Shown here: in pieces, positions 34,125-45,480 of the stretch
How positions within the stretch are numbered: the stretch's first letter is position 1
Layout: every line of letters starts with the position of its first letter
Origin: TPA_inf: Saccharomyces
Lineage: Eukaryota
Direction of reading: 5' to 3'
Assembly (NCBI GenBank): GCA_000146045.2
Contig: BK006946.2
Span: 512,001 to 576,000, forward strand
DNA: 64,000 nt
Notes under the pieces: generated by a model
What the model was told of the DNA's origin: nothing
Databases searched by the model: none
The model's input: the letters and a program-made list of their open reading frames with translations, nothing else
Translations under genes and position numbers: made by a program

Positions 34125-35237
34125 ATGAATATTCAAAGCAATAATTCTCCGAATCTCAGTAATAACATAGTGTCAAAACAGGTTTACTACGCCCATCCTC
34201 CACCTACGATAGACCCGAATGATCCGGTGCAGATATCTTTCCCTACCACCGAAGTAGTTGGGCATGGTTCGTTTGGTGTGGTATTTGCCACTGTTATTCA
34301 AGAAACTAATGAAAAAGTTGCTATTAAGAAAGTCCTGCAAGATAAACGATTCAAGAACAGAGAGCTGGAAATAATGAAAATGCTGAGTCACATAAATATA
34401 ATAGATCTGAAGTACTTTTTCTATGAAAGGGACTCCCAAGATGAGATTTATTTAAATTTGATACTAGAATACATGCCACAATCTTTGTACCAGAGGTTAC
34501 GTCATTTCGTCCATCAACGTACGCCGATGTCAAGATTGGAAATAAAGTACTACATGTTTCAATTGTTCAAGTCATTGAATTACCTCCATCATTTCGCGAA
34601 CGTCTGTCATAGAGACATTAAGCCTCAAAATTTATTAGTAGATCCTGAGACCTGGTCCTTAAAACTGTGCGATTTCGGCAGTGCAAAGCAATTGAAACCT
34701 ACTGAACCTAACGTTTCCTATATTTGTTCACGGTACTATAGAGCACCAGAGCTAATCTTCGGCGCAACAAATTATACCAACCAAATCGACATATGGTCCT
34801 CTGGCTGCGTAATGGCGGAACTGCTATTGGGCCAACCAATGTTCCCTGGAGAAAGTGGTATTGATCAACTAGTGGAAATCATTAAAATCTTAGGTACTCC
34901 ATCAAAGCAAGAAATTTGCTCTATGAATCCCAATTATATGGAGCATAAGTTCCCGCAAATTAAACCAATACCATTGTCACGTGTTTTCAAGAAAGAAGAT
35001 GATCAAACTGTGGAATTTCTAGCTGACGTTTTGAAATATGATCCACTAGAAAGATTTAATGCTCTACAATGCCTGTGTAGTCCATATTTTGATGAACTAA
35101 AACTTGATGACGGTAAAATAAATCAAATAACAACTGATTTAAAATTGCTAGAGTTCGATGAAAATGTCGAATTGGGCCATCTATCTCCCGATGAACTATC
35201 ATCTGTAAAAAAAAAGCTATATCCGAAGTCTAAGTAA
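34125..35237 (+). CDS. RIM11: GSK-3 family Ser/Thr protein kinase, 370 aa
   Basis: GHGSFGVV glycine loop, VAIKKV lysine, [10 protein letters not shown] catalytic loop, [14 protein letters not shown] activation segment typical of GSK3. 370 aa equals YMR139W. Confidence 0.9.
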   Translation: MNIQSNNSPNLSNNIVSKQVYYAHPPPTIDPNDPVQISFPTTEVVGHGSFGVVFATVIQETNEKVAIKKVLQDKRFKNRELEIMKMLSHINIIDLKYFFYERDSQDEIYLNLILEYMPQSLYQRLRHFVHQRTPMSRLEIKYYMFQLFKSLNYLHHFANVCHRDIKPQNLLVDPETWSLKLCDFGSAKQLKPTEPNVSYICSRYYRAPELIFGATNYTNQIDIWSSGCVMAELLLGQPMFPGESGIDQLVEIIKILGTPSKQEICSMNPNYMEHKFPQIKPIPLSRVFKKEDDQTVEFLADVLKYDPLERFNALQCLCSPYFDELKLDDGKINQITTDLKLLEFDENVELGHLSPDELSSVKKKLYPKSK

Positions 35238-35713
35238 TGATAGCACCGGAGGGAGCCCAGGCAAGAATAATGGGAGAAGGAAGGAACATATATACGTATG
35301 TCTTTTTTTAGTACTATTATTACTGTTATTATTATGAGTATTGTTTTTGTATTACCATCATATTCTTATCATTATTAGTAGTAACAGTATTATGTTATCA
35401 TTACTGTTATAATGAATACAAATTATGAAAAAAATAAGGTAAAGCCAAAATAAATTGTAACTTTTTTATGCCATTTCACTTCGAATTATGTATAAAAGCC
35501 GTATTCTTTGCCAGTACGAAACTATTTTAATGACACCTTTACTTTAACCGGGTAACAACTTCCTTAAATGGGTCGACAAGGTTTTTAGAGTATAAAGGGG
35601 CAAGTGAAGGTTCATCATCGAGCTGATGTAGTGGGTGTTTTAGTAAACGAAGAAGCACCTTAGAACCAAATAATCTAGCTAGTATAAACCGAACCCAGAG
35701 TAGCAAACAAACC

Positions 35714-37183
35714 ATGGGTAATGTTCCAGGGAAAATAGACCAGGAAGATAGTTTTAATGATGTCAGGCCAGATTCCTCATATAATACTACATCATCGAAT
35801 TCTGTCATCAAACAATATGATGAAGAAGCCTCTTCAAGGGTGAGAACGAGACGCACGACGTCTTTGGTCAATAATATTTTAAATGGGAATAATGCTCGTA
35901 CAAAAACTGGTTCTCATCTATCCAGCACTAGTAGAAGAAAGACGTCACGGGAAAAAGAGCTTGCTAAAGAGGCACATGCTAAACAATTGGTTGTGAGGTG
36001 TAGCGAAACTGTAGATGGGGGGTTTTTGGCCCCATTTGGCTGTTATTCTTTTGAAAAGTTGGACTATGATGCTACTGTCGTTAAAAATTTAATAATCAAA
36101 AGAAAGTTAGCGCCGTTTTACACTCCTTTGCAGGATTTTGATGAAAGTTGGACTAGAGATGAGTTGATAAAAATTGTTGACGGATTGCCCTTGCATGACA
36201 CGTTCGATGAAAATTTGGAAGAATTCGAAGACGTACCGATAGGCAATTTAAGGAAGTCAACATTTAATGAATTAATAGACAAATCTTTATCCAAGAAGGA
36301 ACAGAGAAGAATGCACGCAAAGATTTTTAGAGCAAGATTGTATAAGAAAAGAATTTTATGGCAAGAAAATGAAAATGAGACGTTTTTGGAGAGGAAATTG
36401 GAAATGAAAAGAATTGGCAGCAAGTCCAGCAATGTTGAAGATAATACCAGTAGCCAGCCAAGGAAAAATTACCATTTACCAAGTGACGATTTGAAGTATA
36501 CTCTTTACAAAAATGGGTCGGAATGCCCTATTTGTTTTTTATACTTTCCAGGGCCTTTCAACTATTCCAAATGTTGTCAACAGCCTATTTGTACCGAGTG
36601 TTTTGTACAGATTAAGAGAGCTGATCCTCACTTCCCTCATGACGAAGTAGACCCAACTGAACCACAAACTAATGACAGTGAAAAGGACCCAAATCTTCTT
36701 ACCTCTGAGCCAGCAAATTGCCCCTACTGTGCAACTGCTAGTTTTAGCATCACTTATCAACCACCCACAAATCGTGAAACTGGTATAGGGGGTATGCCAG
36801 CCGACTCATACGTGTATAAGGACGCCGCCATATCAAGAGCTGATGGCGGTCAGCCAAACATATCAGCCATTACTTCGGATACCATTCGTCCTGATTGGGA
36901 GATTAAATTGAACAAAGAAAGGGCAAGGTTGATGAGGAGATCCGCGAATGCCACCGCTATACATATAAGTAATAGGTTGATCGATCCAAGCCATAGCAGA
37001 AGGAGAAATACAAGTCACAGTATAACCCCTATTCATGATGAAAGTACGTCAGCTTCAAGATCTCCTGAACCGACAATAAACGAACTTGAAGATCAAATGG
37101 TTAGAGAGGCTATTAGGTTAAGCCTTGAAGATCAGGACAACCGAAAAAAATCAAAGAATAGAAACACCTCTTTGAGACCATAG
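35714..37183 (+). CDS. SIP5: Snf1/Reg1-Glc7 interacting protein with RING-like Cys cluster, 489 aa
   Basis: 489-aa ORF starting MGNVPGKIDQ (a candidate N-myristoylation MGN motif). Cys-rich segment CPICFLYFPGPFNYSKCCQQPICTECF. Length equals YMR140W. Confidence 0.75.
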   Translation: MGNVPGKIDQEDSFNDVRPDSSYNTTSSNSVIKQYDEEASSRVRTRRTTSLVNNILNGNNARTKTGSHLSSTSRRKTSREKELAKEAHAKQLVVRCSETVDGGFLAPFGCYSFEKLDYDATVVKNLIIKRKLAPFYTPLQDFDESWTRDELIKIVDGLPLHDTFDENLEEFEDVPIGNLRKSTFNELIDKSLSKKEQRRMHAKIFRARLYKKRILWQENENETFLERKLEMKRIGSKSSNVEDNTSSQPRKNYHLPSDDLKYTLYKNGSECPICFLYFPGPFNYSKCCQQPICTECFVQIKRADPHFPHDEVDPTEPQTNDSEKDPNLLTSEPANCPYCATASFSITYQPPTNRETGIGGMPADSYVYKDAAISRADGGQPNISAITSDTIRPDWEIKLNKERARLMRRSANATAIHISNRLIDPSHSRRRNTSHSITPIHDESTSASRSPEPTINELEDQMVREAIRLSLEDQDNRKKSKNRNTSLRP

Positions 37184-37735
37184 CATCACAGTTTGACATT
37201 TTTTACAATATTAAAAAAATCCTTTTTCAAACGTTCCAGAAGTGCACTATTTTTCTTTTGTTCCATCTATATCTAACGGAGCGTCACCAACCTGACCTTC
37301 CTTTTGGCTTTAAACAAAATGATCCGGAAATATCGTCACATTTATTGTGAAGAGAGAGAAGTTTTACAGTTAATTGTATTGCAAGCTCTTCCCGCTCTAG
37401 AAAGTTTTTGTTTTGTTCGTCCTCAAGAATTGAGAGTTCAAGTATTTCACCTCAAATTTGCATTTGAATTTTAGTAGTAACTAATATAAGATTCCCATCC
37501 CGCATCCGCCACTGAGCAATGTCATTCTCTCTTTTCTCGCCTTTTTATGGATAGAAGCACATAGACGATGGATATCAGAGAAGCGTTCACATAATTAAGC
37601 AGTTAGTTCCAAATATGCGTACAGTCTTTATAGATGAGAGACTGTTAAAAACGACCTTCCGTTCGACCACTCAAACTGTAGTAGGAGTTCTTTTCTCTAT
37701 TTATATGCTTGCAATGTTCGCAGAAAAAGCACCAT

Positions 37736-38044
37736 CTACCTCACCTCCAGCTTAGCCAATTTTTGGTTGGTAAACCGTTCCAGAAATTTTTCAGTTTTGG
37801 GCGATACCATCAATGTGTCATTACAGAATATTCTTGTTGGCATTTTTTCAGGTCTAAAGAAATTTCGATTTGAGGTAATTGCTAGTGCTGAAAGGAAGAA
37901 ACACAGAAATCTGACTGAACAATGACTTTTTGGCGTGTTCGAAGAAATCAAATGCATTATATATAAACGTACGCATAGGTATATATTCAAACTCACATAT
38001 ATAAAATCTTCTTTTCTCTTCTCACTTGTGTCAGTGCGTGACAT
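37736..38044 (-). CDS. Dubious 102-aa ORF in the RPL13B 3' flank
   Basis: Isolated short ORF with no recognisable domain. Its position corresponds to the dubious YMR141C. Probably non-coding. Confidence 0.25.
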   Translation of the reverse strand: MSRTDTSEKRKEDFIYVSLNIYLCVRLYIMHLISSNTPKSHCSVRFLCFFLSALAITSNRNFFRPEKMPTRIFCNDTLMVSPKTEKFLERFTNQKLAKLEVR

Positions 38045-38205
38045 CAGTATGCGCTTTGGATGTTTATCTTATCTGAGCGTCACAATTCAGTGATAACAGA
38101 ATATTTTGTTATGAGTGATGGCTTCCCATTATACAGTGTACATAAAATTATACCAGATATAAAGACATTAAAAAAGATGAAACATATTTATCAGATTCAT
38201 TTAAT

Positions 38206-39207
38206 TTATTTCTTCTTTTCAGCTTCAGCTTCAGCCTTCTCTCTAGCCCTCTTTTCTCTGATACCTCTGAATTTCTTTTCGGATCTGGCTAATCTCAAGG
38301 TTCTGAAAGCAGATTCACCATTGTCTTGAACAGCTCTAGCTTCAACATCGGTAGCTGGTTGAGCAATTGGGAAAGTGGCAGCAGCAGACAAAACTTGTTC
38401 AGCTTCTGGAGCCTTACCGTCTCTTGGGAAAACGATAATCTTGGATTGGTACTCCTTCAATCTTTGAACGTTAGCGTCAAAGATTTCTTGGTTTCTGTTT
38501 TGACGTCTGTGGTCAACAGCAATACCAATGGTTCTGGCGTAAGCAGCAGTCAAACCAGCGGCCTTAACTTCAGCCAAGGTGAAACCTCTACCAGCTCTAA
38601 CCTTTCTGTTGTACTTAACAGTTGGAGCTCTGACAACAGGTCTCAACAAATCCAATGGTCTTGGAGCAATCTTGGCGGCTCTGGCAGCTCTAGCATTACG
38701 TCTAGAAACCTTTTTACCAGCTTGGTCAAAGTGAACCTTGACACGTTCTTGCCAGTGCTTTCTGAAGTGGTTCTTCAAAATTGGTAAATTCTTGGAGATA
38801 GCTATAATCATAAAAAAATCAGTTAGTAAATTTGCTTCCTTTGAGTAAACCTTTATTTCTAGTTTCTGATAAACGAATCTCAGGGTAATAATCATTTAAC
38901 CTCATTATTAATGCACAATTTACATTGCCTCGCCATGCTGATTCCTCTAAATATCTCAAGGCATCCTTTTAGTGCAACCCGCCTATTTATAAACTGGTCA
39001 AAGTGCCAATTATCTCAAAGAATGATTCTTTTGATCTTGATTTTTGCAACGTTTCAAAGACAGCGGGATCTAATTATTCCACGGTTCCTACTGTTAATTT
39101 ACAGTGTTATCCAATGCTTGTTTCTACACAGCTAGTTTAGGCATTAGTTCAGTCGTTCCGTGTTCGTTTCAATCATAGCTCTTATTGCTTCAGTTCAACA
39201 TACCCAT
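38206..39207 (-). CDS. RPL13B: 60S ribosomal protein L13 (eL13), spliced: exon1 complement(39204..39207) = ATGG, intron complement(38802..39203), exon2 complement(38206..38801); 199 aa
   Basis: The minus strand reads ...acaATGG|GTATGTTGAACTG at 39207 and downward. Branch TACTAAC is the reverse complement of 38820-38826; 3' TTATAG|CTATCTCCAAG. The spliced product starts [24 protein letters not shown]... 4 + 596 nt = 200 codons. Confidence 0.9.
38802..39203 (-). other. RPL13B intron (402 nt)
   Basis: GTATGT / TACTAAC / TTATAG signals on the minus strand. Confidence 0.85.
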
Positions 39208-39527
39208 TGTTACTTGATTCCTGCTTTACTTTTCCGAAATTATTTCCTATTAATGTTACATTATGTTCTAACTTCAAGTACCTCTAATTACATAGTATGT
39301 AAGAAAGTAACTTCCCAATGGAGGATGGTGAGCACCGGCTCCGAGTAGGTTAGTAATGTGTCCTTGCAATGCCGCGTCAGCCTGAGGAGAGCGTACCAAG
39401 AAGTCGAATGACCCCACTAGAGATTCCTCTAGCGAGGCCAGTGGATGAGATGGAAGCCTACGCAAGGCAAAAGATTACACTCGCGAACGTGCGTCCGGGA
39501 TGATACAGTATTTTTTTAAAAACTATA

Positions 39528-39632
39528 AATGTATGGGTGCGTAATGTACAGATTTTATGGCACTGAAAATCTTTTTCAAGATAATCTCACCGTATTACTT
39601 AAACATCAGTACATATTGGCACCCATACATTA
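39528..39632. promoter_or_regulatory. Two inverted Rap1 binding sites in the divergent RPL13B-RPS16A promoter (site A 39528-39541 minus orientation, site B 39618-39632 plus orientation)
   Basis: aATGTATGGGTGcg (reverse complement CGCACCCATACATT) and gGCACCCATACATTA both match the ribosomal-protein-gene Rap1 consensus ACACCCATACATTT, with 13/14 and 12/14 identities. A T-rich tract (tatttttttaaaaa) sits at 39509-39522. Confidence 0.75.
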
Positions 39633-39927
39633 TAAAATCATCTCGGAAATGGAAAATGCTAAGGCCGTATATAAAAATTGTTGGCGGCCTGGTAAGAAAA
39701 GTAATTGACGCTTGATTTTCCTTGACTCCCGTCCAGTTTAGCACAGCGGACGATTGGCAGTTTGCTGGAATTCCAAGAGTTACCGCTTAGCGCAAACTAT
39801 CGTGAACTCGCTGCAACAACTGAGAGGGCAAGGATATACATAAAAATAGCCTACAAATTCTGAACTCTGTAAAGGAAGCCTCATAAATAAAGGTAGATAG
39901 TAAAGTATACAAGAGAAGAATCCCAAG

Positions 39928-40903
39928 ATGTCAGCTGTCCCAAGTGTTCAAGTATGTTTTCAGTTCTGCAGAATGATGTTTGATAGTATCGATAATGGAG
40001 TGAGATCAAGAGAAAAAAAATGAATATGTCAGCCAACCAAGTTCTGAGTAGGCAGTAAATGAGTACGCATAGTGTATTTATCCAAAGGAAAGAATTGTTA
40101 TTTTTACAAGCCGAATTGAGATCCAATTAGGCAATGTTTTGGGGAGAGTATTTTGACAAGATTGGTTAAACTACTACGGTCAGTTCCGTAACCAGTACGA
40201 TTGTACACATAAGGAAACAACTGTAAAGATAAACAATAAGGGCTTCCAATGCCATTGTAAGATATCATATTCCTAAACAAAAATGTACAGCGAATATAAA
40301 GCCAGCGTCAGTGTCTTCCTGGAAGGTTGCGCAACTAAAGAAGTTGAAATTAAAATGGCAAGCGCTACATTTTCATCCATTTTCACTCATCAGATGTCCA
40401 AGATTTTCGAAAAATAAATATTCTCATTTTTCTCTCAATGAAATAATTGTTACTAACATTGAATTTCCTCGTAACTAATTGCATTACTTCTTTAGACTTT
40501 TGGTAAGAAGAAATCAGCTACTGCTGTTGCCCATGTCAAGGCCGGTAAGGGTTTGATCAAGGTTAATGGTTCTCCAATCACTTTGGTTGAACCAGAAATC
40601 TTAAGATTCAAGGTTTACGAACCATTATTGTTAGTTGGTTTGGACAAATTCTCCAACATCGATATTAGAGTTAGAGTTACTGGTGGTGGTCATGTTTCCC
40701 AAGTTTACGCCATCAGACAAGCTATTGCTAAAGGTTTAGTTGCTTACCATCAAAAATATGTCGATGAACAATCCAAGAACGAATTGAAGAAGGCTTTCAC
40801 TTCTTACGACAGAACCTTGTTGATTGCTGATTCTAGAAGACCAGAACCAAAGAAATTCGGTGGTAAGGGTGCTCGTTCCAGATTCCAAAAATCTTACCGT
40901 TAA
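39928..40903 (+). CDS. RPS16A: 40S ribosomal protein S16 (uS9), spliced: exon1 39928..39951 (MSAVPSVQ), intron ~39952..40495, exon2 ~40496..40903; 143 aa
   Basis: ATG TCA GCT GTC CCA AGT GTT CAA|GTATGT. Branch TACTAAC at ~40450-40456 and 3' TTTAG|ACTTTTGGTAAGAAG, giving [36 protein letters not shown]... as in the track ORF 40553..40903. Exon 2 boundary is +/-1 nt. Confidence 0.9.
39952..40495 (+). other. RPS16A intron (~544 nt)
   Basis: GTATGT 5' splice site, TACTAAC branch, TTTAG 3' splice site. Confidence 0.85.
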
Positions 40904-41361
40904 GAAATTGTGGGGATTATTTTTCGCTCTTTTCATTTTCTTATAATTGTATACCATCAATAAACACAACAGCCTTTAATTTACGTAAAATTATATCATG
41001 GTTTCTATATAAATTACGCTATTACGCAATTAATACGATTGCCTAGCGGTGGAATGCGGGCCGTTATTCATGAGACCCATACATCTCATAGAAAGCTTGA
41101 CACACGTCAAAATTGGCCATAAACGGGTAAATGTCAACAAACTAAATTTCTTGACGCGAAATCGAGTTGTTTATGATGCTAATAATATGTAGACAATAAT
41201 ATCGTGTACTGTGTTTAAATAAAATTTATAGGGAAGAAGGAGTTCAAAACGGTATCCGGGGCTAGTTGTGGTATTTTCAAGTGTGCTAACGCTATTAAAA
41301 GATTGTTTGGACTGCCCGTATTTGCTTTATTTTTAAGGACAAATTTAAAAGTCATACAGCA

Positions 41362-42390
41362 ATGGAAGAAAATAAACTTAGTGGAAATAAACCGATTCAA
41401 CTTGCTACCTGGTCGAACCAGATGGGGTCACCAGAAAACAATGGAAATAATGCAAATAATGGTAGTGATGTACAGAATGTTATTCAGAAAGCTTTAGGCT
41501 TGATTCGACAGTTGAACAATAATGGGCTAATGAGTCCGATGGAAGAAGAGCATTCGCAACCTTCATCTTCACAAGAGACACTTAGTGTCGATAGAGAGAT
41601 TAATGAACAGGGCCGTTTGCGTCTTCTTATGCAAGCAAAAGATGATAATACGCGGAAGGAAGTAGGCACATATTCTAGTCCGATGGATTCTGCGTACGCC
41701 AGGGAAAATATGTTAAACGTTTTGCAATCATTAGTTACGCATCTGAACCAAGCTGTCAGCCAAATACAACAATTAAAATTCAAGAACATGATTCTTACTT
41801 CAAATGAAAATAATATTCAGTCGAGGCATGAAGTGGAAGATAATCTCCAGAAACAGCAATTTGAAAGGATGAAGTGTCAGTTTCTATTGGAACGTCAAAG
41901 TTTGAAGGATCAATTGCGAAAGCGAGAGAATAAAATTGTTAAATATAAGCAGAAAATTATTGAAAAGAACAAGAAATTAAACAATCTAGCAAAAGTACTT
42001 AATCAACATGCAATATCTGATACCTCTCAAATAGATAGTTTCAGTAGCTCGGTAAAGAAAACGCCTTCGTCGACTACAACGCCCCAAGAAATGAAGTCGG
42101 ACATGTTGAACACCTTGGGAATATTGGCCACACATGTCTTGAAAGATGAAATTGACGATGATTCTGGAAATCAAACGATTCTGCAACTGGCTGCAGGGAG
42201 TATAAGCAACGATTGTAACACTACGGAGTTGGAAATTACGTGCAGTCCTGAAATGGGAAGGACTATTACACACAATCGACCAAATACTAAAGATGAGTCA
42301 ATTCAGGATTCACATGGGAATAGGACCCTCCAATTGCCCAAAATGAAAAGTTTCAGTACCATAGACGGAAGCATTAAGGATATTAAGTGA
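41362..42390 (+). CDS. FDO1: 342-aa nuclear coiled-coil protein (Forkhead-one-interacting, donor preference)
   Basis: 342-aa ORF, N/S-rich, with a central coiled-coil (QIQQLKFKNMILTSNENNIQSRHEVEDNLQKQQFERMKCQFLLERQSLKDQLRKRENKIVKYKQKIIEKNKKLNNL). Length equals YMR144W; the symbol is from memory. Confidence 0.6.
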   Translation: MEENKLSGNKPIQLATWSNQMGSPENNGNNANNGSDVQNVIQKALGLIRQLNNNGLMSPMEEEHSQPSSSQETLSVDREINEQGRLRLLMQAKDDNTRKEVGTYSSPMDSAYARENMLNVLQSLVTHLNQAVSQIQQLKFKNMILTSNENNIQSRHEVEDNLQKQQFERMKCQFLLERQSLKDQLRKRENKIVKYKQKIIEKNKKLNNLAKVLNQHAISDTSQIDSFSSSVKKTPSSTTTPQEMKSDMLNTLGILATHVLKDEIDDDSGNQTILQLAAGSISNDCNTTELEITCSPEMGRTITHNRPNTKDESIQDSHGNRTLQLPKMKSFSTIDGSIKDIK

Positions 42391-42792
42391 TCAAAGATAC
42401 TAGATAATGTTTGTTCTTGATGGCAAGAAATACACAATGTCAACACCCGCGCTTTCTCTTCGATTCATTAGTTGATATCATTAACATTATATTATACATA
42501 CTTTATTTCTCTTGGAAATTAAATATTTGATGATGGTTTATCTAAATATTGTCTCACTCATTTTCCCTTTTTTTTAAGATAGAATATCAGTTTGAGGCAA
42601 CAAATGATAAATTATGATTATGTATATAAAACAATTTTAATTTTATTAGCATAAAAAAGGGACAAGGCCTCTGCTAAAATATCGATAAAAAAAGAAATAA
42701 TATGAAAGACAAAACAAACTAACTGGAAAAAATAAAATAAAAAACAAAACTGATCATCATTTAAAAATGTTATTCTCTTGTATCTATTTCTA

Positions 42793-44475
42793 CTAGATAG
42801 ATGAATCTCTACCCAAGAAATAAACTTTAGCCCAATCCATAGCGACAAGAACTCTGTTTCTAAAGGATAGACACATTGCCAAATAAGCAGATTTCCAGAA
42901 TAGGAAGGTGAATGAGCCGGCTAACCTATATTTGGCTTCACCAACGGCAAGATCAGCAATGGCTTTATCTGAACCAATATAAGCCAGAGCACCCTTATGG
43001 TTGTACTTGAAGTCTTCAATTTGCGATTGCGTTTTGACTATTTGGTTCTTTAATCTAGCGACTTCTGAATCGTCTTTAGCATGGGTCATTTTCCAGTTCA
43101 ATTGATCGATTTTATAAGCTTTCTTGAAATACTGAGCCAAGTATTCACCTTCTTGGTGGGCAACTTGAGCGGTAGGGAACAAGCCAGGGTGGAAGGTACA
43201 ATCGCCGATAGCAAAAATAGATCCCTTAGCACCCAAAAGTTGAAGTTTGTTATCTATCAACAAACCACGTCTTGAGTCCTGTTCCTCTAATTTAGTCATT
43301 AGGTTCTTAGACACTTCTCTTGGCGCATTACCTGTAGCCCAAACTAATACACCATACGGTATATTTTCAATGTCACCATCGCCAGTTTTGGCAGTTATAG
43401 TGGTAGCGTCAACTTTCTTAACCATTGTTTTCAATCTTAAATCGATTTTTTCCTCTTTGAATAAATCTTGAGCATAGTCAACGAGATACTTGTCAAACAT
43501 GTTCAAAATGTTTGGCAAAGCCTCCACCAAAGTGACTTTAATTTCTTTACTCAATTCGGGCATCCATTTTCTCAAGTCCTGGTCAACATAATCTCTCAAT
43601 TCAGCGGCAAATTCGACACCGGTGGGACCACCACCAACGACAACAAAGCTCAACAATCTTGCTCTCTCAGGATCTTTTGGAGATAGGGAGGCAGCTTTCT
43701 CAATACTGGACATAATTTTTAATCTGATCTCTTGAGCGTCGGATATTTCCTTCAAGAAAGAAGAATATTCATAAACTCCCGGAGTACCAAAAGTGTTTGG
43801 TTGAGCACCCACACCGACAACCAGATAGTCGTATTTCAAGTCCAAGTCGTAGTCGTTATTCTTAGCGGAAGATTTGACCTTAATTGTTTTGTTTTCAGGA
43901 TCAACGTCGTACGCTTCAGCTTCATAGTAATGGACTTCACCGTGCGATCTTCTAGCAATAGTCCTGACAGGTTCAACAATAGATTTCAATTCGATGGTAC
44001 CAACTGGGGTAGATGGCAATAGCGGAGTAAAAAGAAAATAATTTCTTGGAGAAACAACAACAACATTATACAACGTGGTGTCCAAATTTTTCAAAAGCGA
44101 CACAGAACCCCAACCGGAGCCCAGAATTACCAAAGTCTTCCTCTTTGAACCGTTTGGAAAAGTGTCCGATTGAGGAACTTGGGTAGAAGGGTTAGCTTCT
44201 CGGTAAAGTGAGTATGAAACGTAAGCCGTACCCGCGAGGGCAGAATACAATAAAGCCTTCAAAGTAAATTTCCCAGTTCTCTTGAAAAAGGACTGCTTCG
44301 CAACAACGCCAGTAGTGGGCGCCACTTTTTGCAAAATGACTTTCTTGTCCTCTAGCAAATTTCTTGCTGCATGGAACGATCTATTTTTGGCATATTTCAC
44401 AAGCCCCGACTTGCTCTGTAGGCTAAACCTGGAGGAGTTAGCCCACACTGTTTTCATTAATGATTGTCTAATCAT
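42793..44475 (-). CDS. NDE1: External mitochondrial NADH dehydrogenase (type II NADH:ubiquinone oxidoreductase), 560 aa
   Basis: Two Rossmann dinucleotide-binding motifs ([12 protein letters not shown] and [16 protein letters not shown]) and an N-terminal mitochondrial presequence. 560 aa equals YMR145C. Confidence 0.9.
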
Positions 44476-45480
44476 TATTATTGGTTAATTTTTTATTTGC
44501 TCTAATAAGTCAATATTATGATGCTATATGAAGAATATTAGTGTGAAAATTTTTTTCCTTTTTCTCTCTTTAATTGGTTTACCAGAATATATAATAAAAG
44601 ATAGTAGCTGCGTATAAATTTAGTCTAAATACTAAACATGCAAAAGAAATAATGAAGATAAAAACAATCGACACACTTATAGTTCTAGCCCCAACAGCAC
44701 AAAAGCGGAAAAAATCAAAATCAAGAACAGGCCAATGAGCGTTGTCTTATATAACACAACCTCTTTTATATATACACCCAAGAAGGAGAATGAAAATAGA
44801 AACACCACACGCTTCGAGACAACGGAAAGAAAGCATAAGGAGTGGCCCATGTGTGCCAAAACTCTTCTCATTGCCGAGCCATGTATTACCATCCCGATGG
44901 TGATGGTTGTGAATGCAAATACCGCTGAGGCCAGAGTAATGCCATAGCGAGGACCAGGGCATCTCGAGCATCGTGGAGAAGATCCCTGTCGCTTTCTTTT
45001 TTTACCTCAAAACCAAATGCGATCGACGGGATCGCGGCAACTTTTTATCGGTCGGAATGGTTGAGCTAGGGCGTTTTCGTAAGGGGCGGGGTAGAGTTAG
45101 AATTGTAGTTTTTTTTCCGTAGTGCCGTGCCCCCATTACCGAATCTCGGCATTGGGTACCAGAGGGTTAGTGCGATAGTTCTTTAGCAAGATGTTAAACC
45201 CGCCTATGCCCGGGAACTGCATACAGGGAAGATCTCACCGGAAGATTACCTCGAAGGGGAGGGGTATGTGTTTTTTCCCCTCGTGGTTAAAGTGACTCTC
45301 TATTAACGTAATGAAAAGTCTAAATATTATAATGACTTGCACTTCGTATCAAGATATGCGAGAGATCATAATAAACGAAATAATATCCACAGTTTGGGTT
45401 TCATATTCTTATATATATATACGTGCGTATATGCATATATGTATGTTTACTATACATCAACATCAGCATCAAAATTAACA

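Noticed and set aside
38326-38787. 153-aa plus-strand ORF antisense to RPL13B exon 2
   Set aside because: It is the mirror frame of a highly expressed ribosomal-protein gene. Its S/N/G-rich composition reflects the reverse complement of K/A/R codons. RPL13B fully explains the locus.
44900-45300. Possible tRNA or ncRNA in the moderately GC-rich NDE1 upstream region (GGTTGAGCTAGGGCG..., CCGGGAACTGCATAC...)
   Set aside because: No A/B box pair or cloverleaf could be built. More likely NDE1 promoter elements.
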